Assembly (NCBI GenBank): GCA_038231435.1 | Contig: JBBRLJ010000015.1 | Location: 1 to 64,000, forward strand | DNA from: Planctomycetota bacterium | Lineage (GTDB): Bacteria > Planctomycetota > UBA11346 | Length of the DNA stretch: 64,000 nucleotides | Reading direction: 5' to 3' | Shown here: positions 7,627 to 18,386 of the stretch, one piece after another | Layout of the letters: each line of letters opens with the position of its first letter | How positions within the stretch are numbered: position 1 is the stretch's first letter | Notes under the pieces: generated by a model | What the model saw: only the letters and a program-made list of their open reading frames with translations | What the model was told of the DNA's origin: nothing | Databases searched by the model: none | Position numbers and translations under genes: made by a program

Positions 7627-10029
7627 TCAACCCCAGGCCAGCCACAGCACCACCGCGTTGTAGCCGGCGTGGACGATGACCGCGCTCAGCAGCAGGCCGC
7701 TGAGCTGGTACGCCGCCGCGGCGGTGAGGCCGAGGACGAAGACCGGCAGGACGCTCGCCGGGGGATGGACCAGGGCGAAGATCGCGGCGCTGGCGAACAT
7801 CGCCCACGCCACCGGCAGGGTGCGGCGCAGCCCGCCGAACACCAGGCCGCGGAAGATGAATTCCTCGCAGAGCGGCGCGGCCACCACCGCGAGCAGCGCC
7901 AGCCAGATCTTGGCTCCGGGCAACGAGCTCAACGTATCCGCTTCGTCGGGACGCAAGCCGGGGAAGTGGTCGAGCGCGCGCAGATAGGCCCATGCCGCGC
8001 CGCTGGCGCATGCCGCGCCAGTCACGCCGATCGCCAGCGCGCGTGGGTAGGCGTGGCGGGCGCCGACGGCCGCGCGCAGGCCGAGGGTACGCAGCAGGTC
8101 GGGCACGCGCGCGCGCCAGAAGATGTACAGGCAGCCGAGGGTGACGGTGATCCCGGCGGTGGCGAAGGCGATCGTCACCGCTTGCGCTGGAGGGACGTTC
8201 GCCTGCAGGAGCAGCAGCGAGACCAGGGCCTGCATGACGAAGAAGGCGAGCGCGGCGATCAGGCCGTCGCTCAGGCTCAGGCTCGGCGGTGGGGCGGCAG
8301 TCGGATCGAGCAGGTAGGGGATGCGGTCGCGCACCTTCTGCCACAGCGCGTAGGCGAGCAGCGACGAGAGCGCGAGCTGCGCGAGCTTGCCGAAGGCCGA
8401 GGGATTGTAGATCGCGTACGCGTAGAGCCCCGAGAGCAGCATGAACAGGTAGATCGATCCGGGCTTCACCCGGCGCTGGGGGATGTTCTCGAGCGGGTCG
8501 CTGGTCAGGGCGCCGATGCCTCCGGCGATGAAGGCGTAGACGACGATGCCGCTGAGCGCCATCAGCGCGTCGGAAACTGCCGTCGCCTCGAGGTGCGGAT
8601 TGACGCACGCCGCGGCGACCAGCACCACTGCGCAGTAGACGCAGCCGATGCCGGCCCAGAGCATGGTCTTGCGCACCAGCACGCGCTCGATCGGCTGCGG
8701 CGCCGCGTACAGCAGCCACAGCGATCCGCCCTCGAGATTGAGGATGCCGATCGCGGTGTTCATCAGCAGGTAGGCGCCAAACACGTAGGCGAACGCCGCG
8801 GCGTGGCGGAAGTCGGTGAGGATCGACGACAGCATGCCGTGGTTGACCACCAGCTGCAGGCCGACGATGAACGCCGGCACCGCCAGCGCCTGGACCAGGA
8901 AGTTGCGGTCGCGCCCGAGCAGCAGCAGATCCTTGCCGAGCACGCCGAGGACGGCGCCGCCCCGGGCGCGGCCTGCCGGCGCCGCGGCGCCGTGCGCCGG
9001 GCGTTGGCCCTGGAACGCGCCGCCCTGCACCACGAAACCCTCGCGCACCAGGCGCGAGCAGCCGACCACCGCGGCCTGCGCGGCGAGCGCCGCGCAGGCC
9101 GCGAGCCCGAGGGCGATGATCGGCCAGGCGACCTGGTGGCTGCCGAGCAGGGCCGGCGCGCTCACCGGGAACCACACCGCCGAAAAGCGCGGCGCCCAGC
9201 CGAGGAACCACGACGACATCTCGGGCGAGAACGCGCAGCCGTAGAGCATGACCATCATGGCCAGGCCGGCGAAGGTGCATCCGGCCTGGACGTTCTTCAG
9301 GCGCGTCAGGTCCAGGTGCATGCGCAGCCAGGTCTCGATCACCACGCGCGAGGATGCCACCAGGAAGCCGAGCGAGAGGGTGGCCAACAGCGCGAGCGGC
9401 ACCGCCCGCCAGCCATGGCCGGCGCAGACCAGGTACACCAGCGAGAACGGCAGGGCCATCGCCCACAGGAACGGCGCGATGAACACGTACTCGACGACCT
9501 TCGACCAGAACAGCGTGCGCGTCGGCACCGGCAGGGCGGCGAGCCAGAGCATGCGCCATTCCACCTGGCCGAGGTCCTGGTTGCCGCTGCCCAGAGACAC
9601 CAGCAGCAGGAAGCCGGCCAGCAGCAGATAGAACATGCCGCAGCTGCTCACCATGCGCGCCTCGCCATCGCCGCTCGGCCAGTACTCCGGTCCTGGGAGG
9701 ATGCCGAGCGGATCGACACCGCGGAACGCCGCGGTTCCGCTCGCGCGCCAGGTCTCGGTCAGCGCGCGTACCCGCGCGTCCTGCTGGTCCTCGGGCAGCT
9801 TGGCCACCAGCCGGTCGGCGCGCAGGACGCGGCGCGCGCCATCGACGGCGGCCTCGCGCTTGGCTGCGTCCGACTCGTCATCGGGATGCTCGGGAACATC
9901 GAGCTCGAGCATCTCCAGCTTGCGCAGCGTGGATTCCGCGACGCGAGGTCCGGTGTCGAGCTGATCACCCATGCGGCAGATCAGGGTGCTGCACACCACG
10001 GTGCCTTGCCAGGCGAAGAGCGGCAGCAT
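7627..10029 (-). CDS. ABC-type permease-like polytopic protein fused to a C-terminal CPBP (CAAX/Abi) intramembrane metalloprotease
   Basis: APLCEEFIFRG, FALVH and HAGYN motifs at the C-terminus; many TM helices; directly downstream of an ABC ATPase. The frame stays open about 60 codons upstream of 10029, so the true start is uncertain. Confidence 0.85.
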   Translation of the reverse strand: MLPLFAWQGTVVCSTLICRMGDQLDTGPRVAESTLRKLEMLELDVPEHPDDESDAAKREAAVDGARRVLRADRLVAKLPEDQQDARVRALTETWRASGTAAFRGVDPLGILPGPEYWPSGDGEARMVSSCGMFYLLLAGFLLLVSLGSGNQDLGQVEWRMLWLAALPVPTRTLFWSKVVEYVFIAPFLWAMALPFSLVYLVCAGHGWRAVPLALLATLSLGFLVASSRVVIETWLRMHLDLTRLKNVQAGCTFAGLAMMVMLYGCAFSPEMSSWFLGWAPRFSAVWFPVSAPALLGSHQVAWPIIALGLAACAALAAQAAVVGCSRLVREGFVVQGGAFQGQRPAHGAAAPAGRARGGAVLGVLGKDLLLLGRDRNFLVQALAVPAFIVGLQLVVNHGMLSSILTDFRHAAAFAYVFGAYLLMNTAIGILNLEGGSLWLLYAAPQPIERVLVRKTMLWAGIGCVYCAVVLVAAACVNPHLEATAVSDALMALSGIVVYAFIAGGIGALTSDPLENIPQRRVKPGSIYLFMLLSGLYAYAIYNPSAFGKLAQLALSSLLAYALWQKVRDRIPYLLDPTAAPPPSLSLSDGLIAALAFFVMQALVSLLLLQANVPPAQAVTIAFATAGITVTLGCLYIFWRARVPDLLRTLGLRAAVGARHAYPRALAIGVTGAACASGAAWAYLRALDHFPGLRPDEADTLSSLPGAKIWLALLAVVAAPLCEEFIFRGLVFGGLRRTLPVAWAMFASAAIFALVHPPASVLPVFVLGLTAAAAYQLSGLLLSAVIVHAGYNAVVLWLAWG

Positions 10030-10177
10030 CAGGGCGACCAGGATACCGACGCGCGCGCGCTTGCGCGCGGTCGGCCCTCGCGCCTTCCCGTCAGTCGGCT
10101 TGCCGTCCTGCGCGGCTCCGGCGCTGGCGCGGCGCTTCGCATCGGCGGCCGCGCGGTACCTGGAGGCCGCGGCGCCG

Positions 10178-10975
<798 letters not shown>

Positions 10976-11045
10976 GGGCGCATCACAGCGAGGGGCTGGG
11001 CGGCGCAAGCTTGAGCAGACGCAGCGGTTCGATCCGGATGCGCCA

Positions 11046-11975
11046 TCAACCGCCGTACATGCCGCTGTCCCGGAACACGCCAGGGGACACGCCGATCGAC
11101 CTGCGGAACACCTTGCAGAAGTACGCGGGATCGGCGTAGCCGCATGCGGCGGCGACGTCCTTCACCGACCGGTCGCCGTCGCGCAGCAGCTGGGCGGCGG
11201 CGCTGACGCGCAGCTCGACCAGGAAATCGTTGGGCGTCGCGCGGTAGGCGGCCTTGAACAGGCGCGTGAAATGGTAGCGGCTGTAGCCGGCGGCCTTCGC
11301 CATATCGTTGACGCCGATGTCCTCTGCCAGGTGCTCGCGGCAGTACTCCACCGCCCGCGCCAGCTGCGGATCAGCCTCGATCGGCGGCGCGTCGGGCTTG
11401 GCGTGCTCGAGCAGCGCCATGGCGATGCCGTAGGCACGCGCGCTCTGCTCGTGCACCGACGACAGCTTGCCGCCGAGGATGTCGGAGCAGGTGTTGGCCG
11501 CGCGCACCACCGCCCGCGAATCCGGAGCCAGGTCTATGAGGGGGCCGACGACGCGCACCGTCTCGCGCACGGCCGAGACGACCTCGGCACCACTCAGGCA
11601 CAGGAAGAAGAATTCCCAGTCGCCCTGCGGCGGCAGCCAGTAGCGGTTGTCGTGGGGGAAGAACAGCACCAGTGCCTGTCCAGGTCTGACGGGCCGCGTC
11701 GCGCCCTCGTACGTGAGCATCCCCTCGCCGGCCAGGGTATACTGGAACAGGACGAACTCCGCCGACCCGCGCTTCAGGCCATGCCAGTCGTAGTGCGTCG
11801 GAGCGATGCGACGCTCGACGCCCCAGGCGGTTACGATCGCCGGGAGGGGAGACTTCCAGGAGCGGACCCAGGGCAGCCGCGGAAGCGTGCGGAAATGGCG
11901 CATGCGCACGGCCAGGGCATCGAGCCGGGAAAGCACGGAATTACCATGACTCGCACGTCTTTCCTGTTTGGCCAT
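11046..11975 (-). CDS. AraC family transcriptional regulator, divergent from melA
   Basis: C-terminal AGYSRYHFTRLFK...SVKDVAAACGYADPAYFCKVFRRSIGVSPGVFR; N-terminal cupin-like region. Confidence 0.93.
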   Translation of the reverse strand: MAKQERRASHGNSVLSRLDALAVRMRHFRTLPRLPWVRSWKSPLPAIVTAWGVERRIAPTHYDWHGLKRGSAEFVLFQYTLAGEGMLTYEGATRPVRPGQALVLFFPHDNRYWLPPQGDWEFFFLCLSGAEVVSAVRETVRVVGPLIDLAPDSRAVVRAANTCSDILGGKLSSVHEQSARAYGIAMALLEHAKPDAPPIEADPQLARAVEYCREHLAEDIGVNDMAKAAGYSRYHFTRLFKAAYRATPNDFLVELRVSAAAQLLRDGDRSVKDVAAACGYADPAYFCKVFRRSIGVSPGVFRDSGMYGG

Positions 11976-12102
11976 GCTCCCGCATCCTATAATCGAGCCC
12001 AGAAATACCATAAACCCATGGTTTCCGCGCTTTCCGCTTCCGAACCCGCCTCCGACCCCATCTCCACCAACTCTGCAAACCTCTGCCCAGGAGCCTGACC
12101 CC

Positions 12103-13620
12103 ATGTCCTTCAAGATCGCCTTCATCGGCGCCGGTTCGATCGGATTCACGCGAGGTCTGCTGCGCGACCTGCTCGCGGTGCCCGAGTTCAAGGACATCGA
12201 GGTCGCCTTCCACGACATCAGCAAGCAGAACCTCGACATGGTCACCCAGCTGGCCAGGCGCGACATCGCCGCCAACGGCTTGAAGGTCAAGATCACCCCG
12301 TCGCTCGACCGGCGCGCCTCCCTGAAGGACGCCAAGTACGTCTTCTGCGTCGCCCGCATCGGCGGCATCGAGGCCTTCCAGTCCGACATCGACGTGCCGC
12401 TCAAGTACGGCGTCGACCAGTGCGTGGGCGACACCCTCTGCGCCGGCGGCATCATGTACGGCCAGCGCGGCATCGCGGCGATGCTCGACTTCTGCAAGGA
12501 CATCCGCGAGGTTTCGGCGCCCGATGCGCTGCTCCTAAACTACGCCAACCCGATGGCGATGCTGACCTGGGCGGCGAACGTCCACGGCGGCGTGAAGTGC
12601 GTCGGCCTCTGCCATGGCGTGCAGGGCGGACACCACCAGATCGCCTCGGCGTTCGGCCTCAAGAAGCACGAGGTCGACATCGTCGCCGCCGGCATCAACC
12701 ACCAGACCTGGTACATCAAGGCCTCGCACAAGGGCAAGGATCTGCTCCCCGGCCTGCTCGAAGCCTTCGAGAAGAACCCGCACTTCAACAAGACCGAGAA
12801 GGTGCGCATCGACATGATGCGCCGCTTCGGCTTCTACAGCACCGAATCGAACGGCCACCTCAGCGAGTACGTGCCCTGGTACCGCAAGCGCCCGAGCGAG
12901 ATCTCGAAGTGGATCGACACCGGATGCTGGATCAACGGCGAGACCGGCGGCTACCTGCGCGTCTGCACCGAGGGCCGCAGCTGGTTCGAGACCGACTTCC
13001 CGAACTGGATGAAGGCCGAGCCGATGAAGTTCAAGCCCGAGAACCGGGGCGAGGAGCACGGCTCGTACATCATCGAGGGTCTCGAGACCGGGCGCATCTA
13101 CCGCGGCCATTTCAACGTCATCAACCGCGGCTGCATCACCAACCTGGCCCCCGACGCCATCGTCGAGGTGCCCGGCTACGTCGATCGCAGCGGCATGAAC
13201 ATCCCCATCATCGGCGACCTGCCGCTCGGCTGCGCCGCAGTGTGCACCGCCTCGATCAACGTTCAGCGCATGTCGGTGAAGGCCGCGGTCACTGGCGACG
13301 TCGAGCTGCTCAAGCAGGCGATGCTCATGGATCCGCTCATCGGCGCGGTGTGCAATCCGCCCGAGGTCTGGCAGATGGCCGACGAGATGCTGGTCGCCCA
13401 GGCCAAGTGGCTGCCGCAGTACAAGACCGGCATCGCCGAGGCGAAGAAGCGCCTCGCCGAAGCCAAGCGCAAGGGCACCCTGATCGCGACCCGCGAGGGC
13501 TATGCGGGCGCGGTGCGCATCCACACCAAGACGGTGGCCGAGATGAAGGCCGATCGCGCGGCGGCGAACGAGAACGCCGGCGAATCCGACAAGGCCAAGG
13601 TGCGCAAGGCCGCGGGTTGA
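12103..13620 (+). CDS. melA: GH4 NAD+/Mn2+-dependent alpha-galactosidase/alpha-glucosidase
   Basis: KIAFIGAGS, VGDT..GG, NYANP, GLCHGV, GINH, TESNGHLSEY; AGGAG RBS. Confidence 0.92.
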   Translation: MSFKIAFIGAGSIGFTRGLLRDLLAVPEFKDIEVAFHDISKQNLDMVTQLARRDIAANGLKVKITPSLDRRASLKDAKYVFCVARIGGIEAFQSDIDVPLKYGVDQCVGDTLCAGGIMYGQRGIAAMLDFCKDIREVSAPDALLLNYANPMAMLTWAANVHGGVKCVGLCHGVQGGHHQIASAFGLKKHEVDIVAAGINHQTWYIKASHKGKDLLPGLLEAFEKNPHFNKTEKVRIDMMRRFGFYSTESNGHLSEYVPWYRKRPSEISKWIDTGCWINGETGGYLRVCTEGRSWFETDFPNWMKAEPMKFKPENRGEEHGSYIIEGLETGRIYRGHFNVINRGCITNLAPDAIVEVPGYVDRSGMNIPIIGDLPLGCAAVCTASINVQRMSVKAAVTGDVELLKQAMLMDPLIGAVCNPPEVWQMADEMLVAQAKWLPQYKTGIAEAKKRLAEAKRKGTLIATREGYAGAVRIHTKTVAEMKADRAAANENAGESDKAKVRKAAG

Positions 13621-13624
13621 TAAT

Positions 13625-13770
13625 CGGGGGGCTGGCGCCCCCCAAACCCCCCAACGACCTTTGTCGTCCTTCACCCTGGCCGCTATGCGGCCAGGGTGTT
13701 TGCGTGATGGGCTGCGCCCATTGTTCACGCAAACCAGGACTCGGCGGTCGGGGCGGCGGAGCCGCCCTAA
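13625..13770 (+). repeat. Structured intergenic repeat, copy A2 (core 13655-13750)
   Basis: CGACC-TTT-GTCG-TCCT-TC-[ACCCTGGCCGC-TAT-GCGGCCAGGGT]-[GTTTGCGTGA-TGGGCTGCGCCCA-TTGT-TCACGCAAAC]-C-AGGA-CT-CGGC-GGTCG. Confidence 0.92.
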
Positions 13771-13852
13771 TGGGCGTGTGCTTGTACGAGAAGCTTCTGG
13801 GTGACTGGCCTGTCATCGTGGCTAGGGGCTCCATACTTCGAAGGAGGTCATC

Positions 13853-14650
13853 ATGACGATCGCTTTCCCGAGTATGCGTGCGGTGTTGTCGGTTCTGGCG
13901 CTGGTGATGTTGGCGATGGGTTCCATCCCATCGCTGATGGCGGCAGAGGATGTGGGCGAGCGCGTCAAGCAGGGGGCGGTGGCGGAGCAGGGGGGCGGAG
14001 GGGATGTGCCGCTGATCGCGGATGCGCAGCGGCGGCACGATCTGACGCGGTTGCGGGGGGTTTCTCCGCTGGTGGGGGCGCTGCTGCTGATCGTGGCGGT
14101 GGTGCCGTTGTTCTTCGGGTACCGGTTCCTGCGCCTCGCGATCGGATTCCTGTCGGGGGCGTACGCCGCGATGCTGATGTGGCAGTACGGGATGGGGCCG
14201 CTGCATGGCATAGCGCCATCGGCCGACGGCGAGACGCTGCGGGTGGCGCTGGTGGTATGCTCGTTGATCGCGCTGCTGATCGGATTCGCGCTCGGCTGGT
14301 TCCTCTACAAGCTCCAACTCGGCCTCGCCGGCGCGCTGCTTGGGTTGATGGTGATGTCCTTGCCCGGACTCTATCTCGATTGGCCGTGGCTGACGCTCGC
14401 GCTGATGATCATCGGTGCGGTCATCGGCTTCATCGCCGGCTGGATCGCCGCCCCCTTCTGGGCGGCCCTGCAGACCGCGGTGCTCGGCGGCTTCCTGGTC
14501 GTGCAGGGCACCGCCATCATCACCCAGCAGGGGGCCGACGACCACCATGTCCGCCTCATCGCCTTCAGCGCCGGCATCCTGGCCGCGATCATCGGCTTCG
14601 CTTTTCAAGTCGCCGGCATCCGTCGGCAGAAGCAATCTCCTCCAGCATGA
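13853..14650 (+). CDS. Membrane protein, DUF4203 (TM7S3/TMEM198-like)
   Basis: LFFGYRFLRLAIGFLSG and TAVLGGFLVVQG patterns; about 7 TM helices; AGGAGG RBS. Confidence 0.8.
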   Translation: MTIAFPSMRAVLSVLALVMLAMGSIPSLMAAEDVGERVKQGAVAEQGGGGDVPLIADAQRRHDLTRLRGVSPLVGALLLIVAVVPLFFGYRFLRLAIGFLSGAYAAMLMWQYGMGPLHGIAPSADGETLRVALVVCSLIALLIGFALGWFLYKLQLGLAGALLGLMVMSLPGLYLDWPWLTLALMIIGAVIGFIAGWIAAPFWAALQTAVLGGFLVVQGTAIITQQGADDHHVRLIAFSAGILAAIIGFAFQVAGIRRQKQSPPA

Positions 14651-14658
14651 CTTGTGTG

Positions 14659-14829
14659 CGGGGCGCTGCCCCCGTTTTCCCACGGCCATTGTCGTCCTTC
14701 CTTCTGTCCGTCGGGAGGACTGAAATTTTTCATGATCTGCTTCGCAGATTGTTCAGGAAATCAGGACTTGGCGGCCGCAGGGGTGGAAAAGCACCTCACT
14801 CCTGGAGCCCCATCGCTCCGCAATGGGGC
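14659..14829 (+). repeat. Structured intergenic repeat, diverged copy A3 (core 14683-14777)
   Basis: CGGCC-ATT-GTCG-TCCT-TC...ATCTGC-TTC-GCAGAT-TGT...C-AGGA-CT-TGGC-GGCCG. The apical stem differs from ATGGGC/GCCCAT but still pairs. Confidence 0.8.
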
Positions 14830-14904
14830 GGGCGCCGAGTGACGATCGGCGGATACCATCGGCGATGATGATTCACCGAAGATGTCGCCGGCCCCCGGCC
14901 GATA

Positions 14905-14941
14905 TTGACTTTCAAACAGATGTTTTAATGTCCTGTTTGAA
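14905..14941 (+). promoter_or_regulatory. Putative TetR autoregulatory operator next to a TTGACT -35 box
   Basis: AT-rich island with inverted repeat TTCAAACAG (14911-14919)/CTGTTTGAA (14933-14941) and inner imperfect palindrome TTCAAACAGATGTTTTAA, 25 nt upstream of the TetR start. Confidence 0.65.
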
Positions 14942-14965
14942 CCGCAGCCTCAAGGTAGCTCAGCC

Positions 14966-15814
14966 ATGAAACGCCCTGCCCCGCCTCCGCTGCCGTCCTT
15001 GCCGATCACTGAGGATTCCGGATCGGTCTCCACGCCCGACCGCCTGGTCGAGGCCGCCGGCGAGATCTTCGCCGAGCACGGCTTCCAGAACGCCACGGTG
15101 CGCGAGATCTGCCAGCGCGCCGAGGCGAACATCGCCGCGGTGAACTACCATTTCGGCGATAAACGTGGGCTTTATCACGCGGTCTTCCTGTATGCGCACA
15201 GCTGCGCCGGCAGCGATGAAGTCGCTGGCCACCTGCAGGCGAGCCAACCACGGGCGAAGGACACGTCCAGCGTCAGCAAGGCCGCGCCGGCCGCGCGCCT
15301 GCGCCTGTACATCCATGCCCTGCTCGGACGGATCCTCGACGAAGGACGGCCGGCCTGGCACGCCAAGCTGATGGCGCGCGAGATGGTCGAGCCGACCGGC
15401 GTGCTCGACGACCTGATCGAGCGCAGCATCCGTCCGCATTTCGACGCCTTGCAGCGCCTGATCCGCGAGCTGATCGGCCCGCGCGCGCCCGACGAGACGA
15501 TCAGGCTCTGCGCCATCAGCATCGTTGGCCAATGCGTGTTCTACCGCCATTCGCGGCCGATCATCGCGCGCCTCTATCCCGACCTGCGCTTCACCGCCGA
15601 GCAGGTACGTAAGACCGCCGAGCACATCGCCGACTTCTCGCTCGAGGGCCTGTCGCACTACGTCGGCACGCGCTCCGCTACCCGGGCCAGAGCGCCATCC
15701 GCCGCCATGTCGTCTGCAAGATCAGGCTCTGCCGCGTCTGGTGCCGCCGCATCAGGTGTCCACGTTAGGGGGGTGCCGCGAGTCCAGATGAAGCGCGCCC
15801 GCAAAGCGGGTTGA
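14966..15814 (+). CDS. TetR family regulator with a DUF1956/CecR-type C-terminal domain
   Basis: AAGEIFAEHGFQNATVREICQRAEANIAAVNYHFGDKRGLY HTH; SIVGQCVFY and HIADFSLEGL C-terminal pattern. Confidence 0.9.
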   Translation: MKRPAPPPLPSLPITEDSGSVSTPDRLVEAAGEIFAEHGFQNATVREICQRAEANIAAVNYHFGDKRGLYHAVFLYAHSCAGSDEVAGHLQASQPRAKDTSSVSKAAPAARLRLYIHALLGRILDEGRPAWHAKLMAREMVEPTGVLDDLIERSIRPHFDALQRLIRELIGPRAPDETIRLCAISIVGQCVFYRHSRPIIARLYPDLRFTAEQVRKTAEHIADFSLEGLSHYVGTRSATRARAPSAAMSSARSGSAASGAAASGVHVRGVPRVQMKRARKAG

Positions 15815-15816
15815 CT

Positions 15817-17526
15817 TCAGTCTTCCAACCCCGCCATCCTCAGGGTCTGGAGCGAGCGCTCGTGCCACGCCGTGGCCTCCTCGTCCGCGCGCGCCGCGTT
15901 CCAACCCAGTTCGGGTCCGATCAGCGTCGCCACCCGCGCGACTTCCTTGCGGCCGAGGCGGCAGAGGATCCCGGCTGGCACGCGCCGGCGCAGCACGTCA
16001 TCGAGCGAGCGGGCCATCTCGGCGGTAACCGCGTATGACGCCTCGGCGAGGCAGAAAGGTGCGTGCTCGCTGATGCGCGCGGCCAGACCGGGGCGCTCTT
16101 CGAGCAGGCGGTGCAGCCCGCCCACGCGCGAGCCATGGCGCCGGGCGCTCGCGGCGGCGCAGCCGGGATCGAGCCCGAGCGCGATGCCGACGCGCTCGGT
16201 CGCGGCCAGCCACTCCGGGAAATCACCGCGCGGCTTCCAGGGAAAGTCGCGTTCGGAGGTGATGGATGTCGCGGCCGGCCGACCGAGCACCCCCGCCACG
16301 CGATCGACGGTGAGCGCCGCCTCGACCCGCGCGGAGGTGAACTTGCCGCCAATCGGCGCGAGCAGGCGCTCGCGCGGCTCGGCGAGCGTCCATTCGCGCG
16401 TCGCCGCCGATGCCGATGTCCCGGATGGTGAGGCCGGGTGGCCGGGTGGCGGTCCCTGAAGCGTCCTGACGCCCACGAAGCAGCCGCGCACGTCGCGGCG
16501 CGACCAGCGCAGGCCGGGACAGCGGAGAGCTGTCTCGCGCAGCAGGTAGGCGACGTCCGCGGGCTCCACCGCGGCGTCGCGCGCGTCGCCGCGCCAGTCG
16601 GTATCGGTGGTGCCGAGCAGGGTCGCTCCGTACCACGGGATCAGGAAGAACACGCGCTTGTCAGTGCGCGCGGTGAGCAGCAGGGCGCGATCGTCGCCGA
16701 GTTCCTTGCCGAGATCGCTGACGCTGTCGTTGCCGACCGTGCCACGGCCACCACGCAGTGCGGCGGGCAGCGGTGGCATGACCAGATGCACGCCCTTGGT
16801 CATGCGCACCGAGGGGACGGGAGCGCCCACCGGCTCCAGCAGGGGGCCGAGCCAGGGCCCGACCGCCGCCACCGTCACCTCGGCGCGTACCTCGCAGGCA
16901 CGGCCATCGAGCCGGTCGCGCACGGTGGCGCCATCGACGCGCGCTCCGTCGGCCAGCAAGCCGGTCGCTTCGGCGTGATTCACCACCACCGCGCCAGCGG
17001 CGGCCGCCCCCGCGACGATCTCGAGAGTGAAGCGCGCGTCGTCCTCGCTGGCGTCGGCGTAGGCGAACCCGGCGCGCAGGCCGTCGCGGCGCAGGAACGG
17101 ACAGATCTCGAGCAGGCCATCGCGCGAGTATGCGCGGTGCGCCGGAGCGCCAGAACGCGTGCCCGCGAGCAGATCGTACAGCGAGAGCCCCAGCTCGAGC
17201 ATGATGCGGCCGGCGCGCGAATCGTGGTATACCGGCAGATGGAAACGCAGCGGTCGCACGCGATGCGGCGCGAGGCGCAACAGCCTGCTGCGCTCGGCCA
17301 GCGCCTTGCGCACCAGGGCGAGCTGACCGTATTCGAGATAGCGCAACCCGCCGTGGATGAGCTTCGAGGAGGCGCTCGAGGTGCCGGCGGCCCAATCATC
17401 ACGCTCGACCAGCGCGGTGCGCAGCCCGCGCAGCGCCGCATCGTAGGCGATCCACGCGCCATAGATGCCGCCGCCGACCACCAGCAGGTCGAAGCGATCG
17501 TTCAGTAGTGAGAATTCGCGCGCCAT
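15817..17526 (-). CDS. glpD: FAD-dependent glycerol-3-phosphate dehydrogenase
   Basis: VVGGGIYG, GTSSASSKLIHGGLRYLE, KGVHLV, FFLIPW..LLGTTD, GGKFT, EMARSLDDVLRRR. Confidence 0.92.
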   Translation of the reverse strand: MAREFSLLNDRFDLLVVGGGIYGAWIAYDAALRGLRTALVERDDWAAGTSSASSKLIHGGLRYLEYGQLALVRKALAERSRLLRLAPHRVRPLRFHLPVYHDSRAGRIMLELGLSLYDLLAGTRSGAPAHRAYSRDGLLEICPFLRRDGLRAGFAYADASEDDARFTLEIVAGAAAAGAVVVNHAEATGLLADGARVDGATVRDRLDGRACEVRAEVTVAAVGPWLGPLLEPVGAPVPSVRMTKGVHLVMPPLPAALRGGRGTVGNDSVSDLGKELGDDRALLLTARTDKRVFFLIPWYGATLLGTTDTDWRGDARDAAVEPADVAYLLRETALRCPGLRWSRRDVRGCFVGVRTLQGPPPGHPASPSGTSASAATREWTLAEPRERLLAPIGGKFTSARVEAALTVDRVAGVLGRPAATSITSERDFPWKPRGDFPEWLAATERVGIALGLDPGCAAASARRHGSRVGGLHRLLEERPGLAARISEHAPFCLAEASYAVTAEMARSLDDVLRRRVPAGILCRLGRKEVARVATLIGPELGWNAARADEEATAWHERSLQTLRMAGLED

Positions 17527-17606
17527 GGCGTGCATGCCGGATTAGACTCGGGAATGACGCTCTGGCCAGGGTCCGGCCGGGGCCGCGCGCCGCACCTCGT
17601 CAGTCG

Positions 17607-18386
17607 TCACCGTCCGCGGAGACGGAGATGCGAGACCAGCCAGGCCGGCCGGTCGGAGAGGATCCCGTCCACGCCGCTGGCGAGCGCGCGGTCGGCGGCG
17701 CTCGCGTCGTTGCAGCTCCAGGTGAAGACCCGCAGGCCGGAGCGATGGCAGGATTCAACGAACGGGCGGGTCAGGCGCTTGCGGTCGATGTCGATCGCGT
17801 GCAGCGGCGGCTGGCGGGCGAGCCAAGAGTCGAATCGCGCCGGCTGGCGCATGCGGTTGAGCACCAGGCGCAGGCGCGGGTCCAGGCGCGCGACCTCGGC
17901 GAGGAGCGAGGCGTTGAAGCAGAGTACCATCACCCGCTGGTGCGCCTCCGCCTTCGCCACCGCCTCGACCGTCGCCAGGCATAGCTTGCGGTTGACTCGT
18001 TCTCCGAACGGACCGGTCGACCCCTTGAGCTCGAGCAGCAGGGTGGCGCGCGGAGCGTAGCGCCGCAGCAGCTCGTCGAGGGTCACCAGACGTTCGGAGG
18101 AGAATCTGGGCGAGAACCACGTACCCATGTCGACGTCGCGCAGGTCGTCGAGCATGCGGCGTGAGAGCGGCCGCCGGCCGCCTCCGAAGCGGGCGAGGTT
18201 GGCGTCATGGCAGACCACCACCGTACCGTCGGCGGTGAGGCGCAGATCGAGCTCGATGGCATCGGCTCCGCCGGCGAGTGCCGCATCGAACGCCACGGCA
18301 GTGTTCTCGGGATGACCGGCGCTGTCTCCGCGGTGGCCGACGATCATCACCGCACCGACGCCTGGCCGCGAGCGCCTGGGGCTCAC
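17607..18386 (-). CDS. Glycerophosphodiester phosphodiesterase (GDPD)
   Basis: IVGHRG, PENT, IELDLRLTADG..VVCHD, ELK, GVDGILSDRP. Confidence 0.93.
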   Translation of the reverse strand: MSPRRSRPGVGAVMIVGHRGDSAGHPENTAVAFDAALAGGADAIELDLRLTADGTVVVCHDANLARFGGGRRPLSRRMLDDLRDVDMGTWFSPRFSSERLVTLDELLRRYAPRATLLLELKGSTGPFGERVNRKLCLATVEAVAKAEAHQRVMVLCFNASLLAEVARLDPRLRLVLNRMRQPARFDSWLARQPPLHAIDIDRKRLTRPFVESCHRSGLRVFTWSCNDASAADRALASGVDGILSDRPAWLVSHLRLRGR

